A model generated the notes under the pieces. It made no database searches and had not been told where the DNA came from. It was given only the letters and a program-made list of their open reading frames with translations. A stretch of DNA of 20,000 nt from an uncultured virus (IMG/VR IMGVR_UViG_3300029775_000206) (taxonomy: Duplodnaviria > Heunggongvirae > Uroviricota > Caudoviricetes), in IMG/VR virus record IMGVR_UViG_3300029775_000206, positions 61,900-81,899 of that record; one strand, given 5' to 3'. The position numbers and the translations under genes were made by a program. Below, in pieces: positions 8,166 to 15,532 of the stretch; position 1 is the first letter of the stretch; every line of letters begins with the position of its first letter.

Positions 8166-9724
8166 CAGTCTTCACCTCCCTCACCGGGCATCGGCAAAAT
8201 AGCATCTTCAATATAAGTTTGCTCAGCACCCGACAAATTATATTTTTCATACAATTCTTTGTCGGACCAAGGTCTACTAAAGTCTTGTACAGGCACATAT
8301 GAATAAGATGACTTTGACATATTCATAGATGCCAGCATTTGCATCATAAGAAATCGAGCAAATTTTGTATTTAAATACGATATTAGGTTGTCAGCTTGCT
8401 CCTCATCTTCATATACTCCTGCGACGAGATAACTCTCCGTGCAAGCAGAATTTGGAGGTAGCTTTTGAACCACAGAAAGGACACGCATCTGACCGTTCTT
8501 ATCGGGAACACCTGCGTGCTCAAAAGAGACCTTTGAGACAATGACCTTCCACTTATTCAAAATATTCTTGCCCTGTGTAATGCAAGCATGTCTGATTTTC
8601 CCAAGGCCTTTACTGCTCCTAAGTGTCACGTCTCCATCCTCATCAAAAGGAGTGGCCGAATCTAACCCAAATGGTCTTCTTGATAGCACTTGATCAGCCA
8701 TCGTTTTTTCTTTGAAAGCTTTCACTTTACGGACAATTGCCACAGCTTCATTATTGCGAATAAAGGTTGGAAATTCATTCAAGTTCCGAACCATCGACGT
8801 TTCTATACCACCTTTATTAACGTTTACGATGGTACAGTCATCATTGCTTGAATCTCTTGACCATAAGAAATAGCTGATGCCGCCAGGGATATCTACGCCT
8901 GGAAAGCAATCCTTTGAGTCTGCATAATCAACTAACTTTACGAGCCTTTTGTCTTGGAGCATCTCCTGACGATATGAATCAAGGCCCTTGCCGCCATTTA
9001 ACCAACGAGATGGCGTGATCATCGTCATGTACCTTGGATTGAGCTTCTTTGCTTGTTGCACAAATTTCTGATAAATAGGTGACGCACTCTTGCCAGCACC
9101 ACCACCTCCATCACTGAGTTGATATGGAGGATTACTAATTATCACATCAAACTTCATATTAAATATTTCCTCCGGGTGTAACGTATGTATAAATTCGTAT
9201 GCGTGATTCTCCATTCCTTCACGTTTGATATCATTAAGCTCGTTTCCATAACTTATCCCGCAGTAAATGCAATGTCCTTTAGAATCATTTCGGTCCCATT
9301 TGTGTTTGACTTTGTGAAAAAGTACATTCCCCTGTATATCATCAAACTGCGTAATTGAAAACGAACTGTTCGGATACTTCGAGCAGTAAACCGACCTTCT
9401 GGACAGCAGCGAAGTCAGCTCGGTGATGGCAATGCCATAGAGCTGATTCTTGAAAATCCAGTCGCAGCGCTCCTGCAGATTCGGGATTTTGTCCGCAAGC
9501 CCGGCAATCAGACGCTTCGCGATTTCGCGGAGGAACACTCCGGATTTGCAGGCTGGATCGAGGAACTTCGTATTCGGATCGCGGAATAGCTCCTGCGGCA
9601 GCATGTCGAGCATCTTGTTGGCGACATCTGGCGGAGTGAAGACCTCATCGTTCGACAGGTCAGCGAGGCAGGACAGCACGTCCGGTTTATATACATTGGT
9701 AAATAAATCAGGATTCAGTGGCAT
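8165..9724 (-). CDS. N6-adenine DNA methyltransferase (Eco57I-like, gamma order) with C-terminal target-recognition region
   Basis: 519 aa. DEVFTP (motif X), FLDPACKSGVFL (motif I), VIISNPPYQ (motif IV), ITPSRW. Confidence 0.9.
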   Translation of the reverse strand: MPLNPDLFTNVYKPDVLSCLADLSNDEVFTPPDVANKMLDMLPQELFRDPNTKFLDPACKSGVFLREIAKRLIAGLADKIPNLQERCDWIFKNQLYGIAITELTSLLSRRSVYCSKYPNSSFSITQFDDIQGNVLFHKVKHKWDRNDSKGHCIYCGISYGNELNDIKREGMENHAYEFIHTLHPEEIFNMKFDVIISNPPYQLSDGGGGAGKSASPIYQKFVQQAKKLNPRYMTMITPSRWLNGGKGLDSYRQEMLQDKRLVKLVDYADSKDCFPGVDIPGGISYFLWSRDSSNDDCTIVNVNKGGIETSMVRNLNEFPTFIRNNEAVAIVRKVKAFKEKTMADQVLSRRPFGLDSATPFDEDGDVTLRSSKGLGKIRHACITQGKNILNKWKVIVSKVSFEHAGVPDKNGQMRVLSVVQKLPPNSACTESYLVAGVYEDEEQADNLISYLNTKFARFLMMQMLASMNMSKSSYSYVPVQDFSRPWSDKELYEKYNLSGAEQTYIEDAILPMPGEGGED

Positions 9725-10412
9725 ATTGTACCTCCCAGTAATCTACGGATGGGAACTCTCTGATCGGTGCCGGAGTCCAACCATGTGTCTCGGCGTCGTA
9801 ATCCCAGCCTTGTTTCTTTTTTTCAGCCAGTACATCCATAAAACTCATCTGGCCATCGTCTTCAACCTTTTCTGGTTCCTCATCGCGCATCAAAGCATCA
9901 AGCGTAAAATCCCTGCGTCGCATTCGATACCCTACTGTGAAGTCCCACTGAGAGAAGATTATCGGAGTACCGTCATTTTTCATAAGCGTCAAAGCATCAC
10001 CACACAGAACGTTCTTTTGAAGAATGTATTTTGCGGCAGACCTTATTTCATCACTGGATTCCTTCTTACACTGCTTTGTGTAAGCTTCATCCCATATTCG
10101 AAAGAGCCGCTCCCGGCATTCCTTCACGTTATCTTCCTGAATGTCGATTCCATAGATGCTGGTGAGAGCGAGAAACGCATTCTTCGTATACTCTGAATTA
10201 TTTCTCTTATATTGTCGCTTAACCCTCGCGAGCTTCCGTCGCAGAATTTCCGCGAGGAAGTTTCCATCGCCGCAGGCGGGCTCCAGAAACCGGCTTTCAA
10301 TCCGGTCGGTTTCGCTTTTCACGAGATCGAGCATGGCATTGACTTCACGCTCGTTTGTGAACACTTCGCCGTGCTCCGCGACACGTTCCTTTGATTTTAT
10401 TTGTCTTGGCAT
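9708..10412 (-). CDS. Short methyltransferase-like protein (SAM-binding half only)
   Basis: 234 aa. GEVFT (motif X), FLEPACGDGNFL (motif I), IYGIDI, NVLCGDAL. No NPPY/DPPY catalytic motif. Overlaps the next gene by 17 nt. Confidence 0.85.
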   Translation of the reverse strand: MPRQIKSKERVAEHGEVFTNEREVNAMLDLVKSETDRIESRFLEPACGDGNFLAEILRRKLARVKRQYKRNNSEYTKNAFLALTSIYGIDIQEDNVKECRERLFRIWDEAYTKQCKKESSDEIRSAAKYILQKNVLCGDALTLMKNDGTPIIFSQWDFTVGYRMRRRDFTLDALMRDEEPEKVEDDGQMSFMDVLAEKKKQGWDYDAETHGWTPAPIREFPSVDYWEVQYATES

Positions 10413-10431
10413 AAGCTATCTTACCTACTTT

Positions 10432-12747
10432 TCATTCTTTTTTCTTGACTGCCGCCGTCATCATGTCATAGTGCTGGTTCTGATGCATGACATAGAAAAT
10501 CTGCTTGAATACCCGCTTGTACATGTCTACGTTGTCATAATCCTCAACCACAAGGTTCAAGCCGTCCGTGATGCCGTTCGGATTATTGATATAGGCCAGC
10601 ATCGTAGAGGCGAGCTCGTAGTCGGTCATATCCGGCTGACTACCCGGAACTTCTTTTATAAAGTTTTTCCGGTTCTCCGGATCTTCGAGCAGCTGCTCCC
10701 GGAGGCTGGTGCCCTCGTATCCACAAAGCTGAAGGAAATACGACTCGAGAATCCTGCGCATTACATTCAGCGCCGGAATAACAGAATCCGCATCACGCAG
10801 TTCTTCCCAAAGTGCCGCATATGAGCTCTGCACCGGGTTATAATTCTCAAACTCGGTCTTAGCTTTGTCCTTTGGTCTTTCACAAATATGTACGCGCGAG
10901 ACATTGGCAGTCTTGCGGATCATATAGAAGGTGGTGCAATCGTAATAACCGACCTGCTGGTAGGTTATCTCTCTATGGAAGTACACATTGTGTGTCAGGA
11001 CAAAAATCTGCTTGATATAGTTTCCCGGAACCTTTGGATTTTCCCAATGCGTATTATTTCGGCAAACATTGATCATTTCTCGTACGATGGCACTTACAAG
11101 GAAGAGTGCCGTGCTATCCATGCTGGAAACCGGATCGTCGATGGCGACAATTTTGTCCTTCTTCTCTTCGCTGTTTTGGCTCCCGCGAACAAGTTGATAG
11201 AAATACAGGAAGGCGATGAAGTTTCGTTCCCCTTCGCTTAGGTTTTCTGCAACTTCTCCGGTGTCGCGGATGACCTCGTAATGATTCTTGTTGTTCTCGC
11301 ATTCACGAATGTGAAAGCCCTGAAATCCCGAATCCTTCAAAATCTTGTTGATACCATCGACTGCCGCTTGCGTATTAACGACCTGAAGGTTCAGCGCGGA
11401 TATTTCACTTGTCAGGGTATTGATGGCCTTCTTGAGGCTCCGCCCCTTATCTTCGAGTTTCTTAGCAGCGTCTTCCTGTGCTTTCTTTTCATCAAGGTAG
11501 CCCTTGATCTCATCCTTCAGCAGGAAAGCGAAATACTCGATAACTTCTTTCTTGCACTTTGCTTTACTGGTTCTTTTGGCATTCACAACATCATTATTCG
11601 CCTTGATCTTCTTGTTGATGGCATCGATGAGATCGCCGATTTCGAGCAAAAGGGAATCTGTATCTTCTAGCGATACGATCTTTGATGGCTCTTTGACCTT
11701 TTCGGCAAGACGGCCCGAATTCAAATCAATTTTGCTTTTCAGGAGCGCGAGCTTAGACTTGTATTCCTCGAGCTCGTCATCCAGTCCCGGCACCGTCTCA
11801 CCCAGATTTCCTTCAAGTTTCCGAATAATCGCTTGCGTTTCACGATCATATGTACTCTGAAATTCTCCGAGCTGGGAAACGTTCTCCTGATACTGCGCAT
11901 CAAAGCATTTCTGAATATCCTCCTCAAAAGTGCTTGGCAGCTTCTGCTGGCAGAACGGGCACTTTCCATCTGAGCCAGAAACAAAATGAGTATGCCCTTG
12001 TCGTACCCAGTCAGTTGCTTTTATCTTTCTTACAAACTTGGCGAATTCCGTATTTGCGCTACTGACGACAACTGTAGCCAGCAGATCCTTTCCCGGCAGC
12101 TTTCCATATGTAACAGAGCTGTCAGCTCTCTGGAATTCGGAATAAGTTCTGGAATTCGCGTCAAAAGCAACATCGCATAGTCTTTTTAATTCAGCCGGAT
12201 CGTGATTAGTAGGATTGGTCTCGGCGAGAATTGCATCTACAAACCCTCTTTTCTGTTTCTTACCCTCGAGGGCCTTATCAAATGCGGCTCGCTCTTGTAT
12301 TGTTCGCTTAAAACAATCATCCTGAAAAGTAGAGAGCAAAGTGCCAAGGCCATCTTTTTTAGTGTGCCATTCTTCCTGTGCCTTCGTAAAATCCCCGTTG
12401 AGCTTGTCCTTTTCGGCGGATTTTGCGTCTATCTGGCTTTGTACACTCTTGTTGATTTTATTGAAGATAAATACTCCCGGAAGGTCTCCATAATTTGAAA
12501 AATTGTCTTCAACGAAATCACGGTTATACACCAGCAGATCGTAGTCGCTTGGAATTCGTCCGTCGGCCCATTCAACGCTGTCGTTGTCGCCATTATTCTC
12601 ACTGATGGCATACGCTATGGACGACTTCCCAGCACCATTATTTCCGTAAAAGAAATTAATAAAGGAAAGTTTTTCAATAGGCTCATTATGGAAGGTTGCT
12701 CTGTCAACCGTGATTTTTGTTATCAGTGACGGATATTTTTTGCTCAT
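10432..12747 (-). CDS. RloC/AAA_13-like Rad50-type ABC ATPase with zinc hook and C-terminal HEPN-like domain
   Basis: Walker A YGNNGAGKS, Q-loop-like YNRDFV, zinc hook CPFC within coiled coils, signature LSEGE, Walker B/D-loop IDDPVSSMD, H-loop LTHN, HEPN-like NVMRRILESYF. Start reassigned to the ATG at 12747 (MSKKYP, 771 aa) because AGGAGG lies just upstream and the longer start overlaps the HTH gene. Confidence 0.85.
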   Translation of the reverse strand: MSKKYPSLITKITVDRATFHNEPIEKLSFINFFYGNNGAGKSSIAYAISENNGDNDSVEWADGRIPSDYDLLVYNRDFVEDNFSNYGDLPGVFIFNKINKSVQSQIDAKSAEKDKLNGDFTKAQEEWHTKKDGLGTLLSTFQDDCFKRTIQERAAFDKALEGKKQKRGFVDAILAETNPTNHDPAELKRLCDVAFDANSRTYSEFQRADSSVTYGKLPGKDLLATVVVSSANTEFAKFVRKIKATDWVRQGHTHFVSGSDGKCPFCQQKLPSTFEEDIQKCFDAQYQENVSQLGEFQSTYDRETQAIIRKLEGNLGETVPGLDDELEEYKSKLALLKSKIDLNSGRLAEKVKEPSKIVSLEDTDSLLLEIGDLIDAINKKIKANNDVVNAKRTSKAKCKKEVIEYFAFLLKDEIKGYLDEKKAQEDAAKKLEDKGRSLKKAINTLTSEISALNLQVVNTQAAVDGINKILKDSGFQGFHIRECENNKNHYEVIRDTGEVAENLSEGERNFIAFLYFYQLVRGSQNSEEKKDKIVAIDDPVSSMDSTALFLVSAIVREMINVCRNNTHWENPKVPGNYIKQIFVLTHNVYFHREITYQQVGYYDCTTFYMIRKTANVSRVHICERPKDKAKTEFENYNPVQSSYAALWEELRDADSVIPALNVMRRILESYFLQLCGYEGTSLREQLLEDPENRKNFIKEVPGSQPDMTDYELASTMLAYINNPNGITDGLNLVVEDYDNVDMYKRVFKQIFYVMHQNQHYDMMTAAVKKKE

Positions 12748-12764
12748 ATGAAGTCCTCCTGCAT

Positions 12765-12965
12765 TTACTCTTTTATCTTGCCTTCCCGAACCCATTCATC
12801 TACTTCGGAAATTTTAAATTTATAGCGCTTGCCAGCTCTGTAATAAGGAAGCTTGCCTTCTTTAATCCATGTTCTTACCGTGTCTTGGCTGACGCTCAGA
12901 TGATCCGCGATATCTTCCAAGTTCACCCATTTTTCGACGTTCATTTCTTCATATTCTCGGCTCAT
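12765..12965 (-). CDS. Excisionase/MerR-like helix-turn-helix DNA-binding protein (HTH_17 type)
   Basis: 66 aa. WVNLEDIADHLSVSQDTVRTWIKEGKLP...GKRYKFKISEVDEW is a typical Xis-like wHTH. RBS GGAGGT upstream. Confidence 0.9.
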   Translation of the reverse strand: MSREYEEMNVEKWVNLEDIADHLSVSQDTVRTWIKEGKLPYYRAGKRYKFKISEVDEWVREGKIKE

Positions 12966-13002
12966 GTTTTACCTCCGTAGTATTGCGCTCCATGAGTTGA
13001 AT

Positions 13003-13659
13003 CTAAAGCAGCCGTATCTTACAGCCGTTATTATTAAGTGCTTCTATTACATCAACTTTCTTTATTGCCCAGTGCGTTTCATCCAGCTCGTTTCTGAAAT
13101 CTGTACCGCCGATGCCGAAAGCATCCTTACGTTCATTCAGAATCTGCTGGGCGAATTTTCTGTACTTAAAAAAGTAAATCCAGATGCCATCTTCCTTTAC
13201 TTGCACATCTCGCACGATTCCGAAAAAAGCCCTGTGCCGATCATCAGTACGAGCAAACTGATGATTTGTGCTCGCGAATATAGCCGGGAAACTCTTCACG
13301 ATGTTGATGCACTCTTCGGTAAGATAGGCAAGTTCCCACAGATCCTCCGGCGTACATCTGTCGACCGCGATAGCGTGGTCCTTAGGAACCACGAAATATT
13401 TTCCCTTGAACATCTCATCTGCGATAACGAACAGGTTGTAATAATTCAAATCCAAATCAATCTGTGCTTCCGGTGTATCATCATCGTCATCCTCGTCGTT
13501 GATCGGCAGAAAAACAGATGTCAGCTTTCTTTCTTCATAATGCTGAACGAATCCAATCTGCTTTCCCTTACCGGACTGTTCCATGTGGACATCAATATTC
13601 TGTGGTGACATTTCTGACGGAAGCTGAGGAGAAACCGGCTGGAGCTCTTTATTATCCAT
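13003..13659 (-). CDS. Hypothetical protein (218 aa): N-terminal QIG motif, acidic linker, globular domain ending ELDETHWAIKKVD
   Basis: Long ORF in an operon. RBS GAGGAGG lies inside the 3' end of the upstream gene, with a 4-nt gap to the upstream stop codon. Confidence 0.8.
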   Translation of the reverse strand: MDNKELQPVSPQLPSEMSPQNIDVHMEQSGKGKQIGFVQHYEERKLTSVFLPINDEDDDDDTPEAQIDLDLNYYNLFVIADEMFKGKYFVVPKDHAIAVDRCTPEDLWELAYLTEECINIVKSFPAIFASTNHQFARTDDRHRAFFGIVRDVQVKEDGIWIYFFKYRKFAQQILNERKDAFGIGGTDFRNELDETHWAIKKVDVIEALNNNGCKIRLL

Positions 13660-13663
13660 GCAT

Positions 13664-14584
13664 TCAGTCCTCCTCGTCTTTTTCGTAGTAATTCTCTACA
13701 AATCCAATCTGTGTACCTTTTCCGGATTGTTCAAAGTGGAAATTGAAAACTTTTGGCTGGTTTATTGTCTGTTCCAAGCTCTGCTGGGCACTCTGCTCAT
13801 CTGGCTCTGGAATTGCATCAATGACTTCTGACTCTGGAGAGCCGCTGCCATCTTTTTCATCTGCCTCCTTAGGAATATCAAAATCAGATGGATAGCAGTA
13901 TGTGAGTTTCAACTCACGGTTGCTGTTTTCACCTATCGCAGCTTCATAAGGACGTTCATTATTTCCTTCCGTGGGCGGACACCATTCTTTATAAGTCTCT
14001 TGCCCTATGGAGTTTTTCTTTACCTCGACGATGCAGTAATGCCAAAGTCCAAGCAGAAATGATTCCAGGCAAATAGTTGACTGCCCCAGTAGTTCATCTT
14101 TGGTAATAGTTTCACCTGATTTTTCAGCGTAGAACTTTGTATCACCATCAATTGTTCCGTCTGCATCCAACAGCTCTAGTAATGCTTTCACAAGAAAAAC
14201 ATCCTTATGGGTGTCAGTTCTCAAGTCCAAATATTTATTTGTAAACTCTGTCATCTGAGCCAAGCATCCCTGATAATCGTTCTTTATTCGTTCATCAAAA
14301 GATTTCTTTGCTGCCATATCACCCAAAAGAAACTGCCGCCATCCCCAGCCACGACACGCTTTGAAATCAGATGTTCCATCACGCATTGATTTGTTTTCTA
14401 AGCTCGTTGGCTCTTCGATATCTGGGGTAACTATCCTTGCCAAAGACATAAGTGTCTCTGGCTCAGTTATGCCACTTTTCTTTCCAGTATACATTTCTCC
14501 CTTAGAAGGCATCTGTTTGCGTGCATAGGATATCAATATGAAAAAAGTTCCTCCACAAAGTTTCCATCTATTCCTGTTATCCAT
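13664..14584 (-). CDS. Hypothetical protein (306 aa): globular N-terminal region, acidic disordered linker, C-terminal QIG motif
   Basis: Long ORF with RBS GAGGA upstream. First gene downstream of the promoter at 14763-14791. Confidence 0.8.
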   Translation of the reverse strand: MDNRNRWKLCGGTFFILISYARKQMPSKGEMYTGKKSGITEPETLMSLARIVTPDIEEPTSLENKSMRDGTSDFKACRGWGWRQFLLGDMAAKKSFDERIKNDYQGCLAQMTEFTNKYLDLRTDTHKDVFLVKALLELLDADGTIDGDTKFYAEKSGETITKDELLGQSTICLESFLLGLWHYCIVEVKKNSIGQETYKEWCPPTEGNNERPYEAAIGENSNRELKLTYCYPSDFDIPKEADEKDGSGSPESEVIDAIPEPDEQSAQQSLEQTINQPKVFNFHFEQSGKGTQIGFVENYYEKDEED

Positions 14585-14609
14585 AGATCGTCCTCATTTC
14601 AAAAAACTC

Positions 14610-14633
14610 CGACAAAAGCGACAATCCCGACAA
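14610..14633. repeat. Three CGACAA direct repeats with 9-bp period upstream of the first defence gene
   Basis: CGACAA at 14610, 14619 and 14628. Confidence 0.7.
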
Positions 14634-14660
14634 CATGAAATAAGACAAGTTCTACTTCTT

Positions 14661-14694
14661 AATGACTCTTGTAAGCGAAACAAGAGTCATTTTC
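14661..14694. terminator. Perfect 12-bp inverted repeat (hairpin, terminator-like on + strand, or operator)
   Basis: AATGACTCTTGT (14661-14672), 7-nt loop, ACAAGAGTCATT (14680-14691), followed by a short T run. Confidence 0.5.
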
Positions 14695-14762
14695 AGTTGG
14701 TGGAATGCTTTTATCTACCCTGGGGATATGGATCAGCAACCCGTAACAAACCCCACTAAAGC

Positions 14763-14791
14763 ATTATACCACATGACAATACAACTCTCAA
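14763..14791 (-). promoter_or_regulatory. Sigma-A/70-type promoter for the leftward defence operon
   Basis: On the minus strand: TTGAGA (14791-14786), 17-bp spacer, TATAAT (14768-14763), with extended -10 TGnTATAAT. Confidence 0.8.
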
Positions 14792-14810
14792 TAAAGGCAT
14801 TGTATTGTCA
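14774..14810. promoter_or_regulatory. Perfect 11-bp inverted repeat straddling the -35 box (candidate operator)
   Basis: TGACAATACAA (14774-14784), 15-bp spacer, TTGTATTGTCA (14800-14810). Confidence 0.65.
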
Positions 14811-14917
14811 GAAATTTTTGCTCTTGTCAGCTTCACTTTCACAGACGTTCACCCGGTGCACAGAGGTGGCTCGAACGGATGTGAAGGTCACAACTGAATA
14901 GAGAAACCAGCCTACGA

Positions 14918-14982
14918 GCGTGGCTGGCCGAACGAAACGAGTTGAATTCCCGTTCCGTCTGGCCTGTCACGCCTTCTTTTTT
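14918..14982 (+). terminator. Long imperfect hairpin plus U-tract in the leader of the sigma-like gene (attenuator-like)
   Basis: GCGTGGCTGGCC-GAACG can pair with CGTTC...GGCCTGTCACGC, followed by CTTCTTTTTT. Confidence 0.5.
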
Positions 14983-15024
14983 GTGCGGCCTCCGGTTCGG
15001 GAGAAGCGAACGGAGGTATCGCAC

Positions 15025-15525
15025 ATGAAAAACAATGTCAACCAGAGTAAACGCATCTACGACAAGTTCACCCGCACCTGGTACGAGGTCCCCGAGGACC
15101 AATATCGCGAATATGACCGGAACCGCACTGCGCTTCGGAAGCGTATGCAGTATCGCGGCGAATGCTTCTGCCCGCGCAGCAAATGGTGGCTGTGCGACGG
15201 CAACTGCCTCGACTGCGAGTTCCACAACAACACGACCGTCTCTCTTGACGATCCGCTGCCGGACGGCGAGGGAACGCTCGCCGACTACGTTCCGGACAAC
15301 GCTCCTCTCATTGAAGAGGTGCTTTCCGAGAAGGCGGAGCTGGATCAGCTGTTCTCCCGCCTGCAGGAGTTGATGCCGGAAGCTAAGCAGATCGGCGAGC
15401 TGCGCGAGAAAGGTCTCTCCGATGAAGCCATCGCAAAAATCATCGGCATCAAACGGACGACCTTCCGGTCCAGACTTGATAAGGCCCAAGAGACACTCTC
15501 TAAGGAATTCCCTGACTGGTTCTGA
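15025..15525 (+). CDS. Phage sigma-70 region-4 / ECF-like transcriptional regulator with Cys-rich putative zinc-binding motif
   Basis: Start reassigned to the ATG at 15025 (RBS GGAGGT, 166 aa). CFCP..WWLCDGNCLDCEF cluster, VSLD, and C-terminal HTH GLSDEAIAKIIGIKRTTFRSRLDKA. Confidence 0.8.
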   Translation: MKNNVNQSKRIYDKFTRTWYEVPEDQYREYDRNRTALRKRMQYRGECFCPRSKWWLCDGNCLDCEFHNNTTVSLDDPLPDGEGTLADYVPDNAPLIEEVLSEKAELDQLFSRLQELMPEAKQIGELREKGLSDEAIAKIIGIKRTTFRSRLDKAQETLSKEFPDWF

Positions 15526-15532
15526 TGCTCTG

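Noticed and set aside
9708..10412. The two MTase-like ORFs as one frameshifted pseudogene
   Set aside because: Each has its own motif X and motif I and its own start, so they are paralogous genes rather than two halves of one gene.
12748..12795. ORF-track start of the AAA ATPase at 12795
   Set aside because: It overlaps the HTH gene. The ATG at 12747 has a proper AGGAGG RBS.
12765..12965. Calling the HTH gene a true excisionase marking an integration module
   Set aside because: There is no adjacent integrase. Its position inside the defence operon fits a regulator equally well.
3337..13608. Long plus-strand ORFs (e.g. 3337-4236, 7311-8216, 9450-10196, 10156-10824, 12964-13608)
   Set aside because: They are antisense shadows of well-supported minus-strand genes and have no recognisable motifs.
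14920..15024. ORF-track N-terminal extension of the sigma-like gene
   Set aside because: It runs through a hairpin and U-tract. The ATG at 15025 has a GGAGGT RBS.
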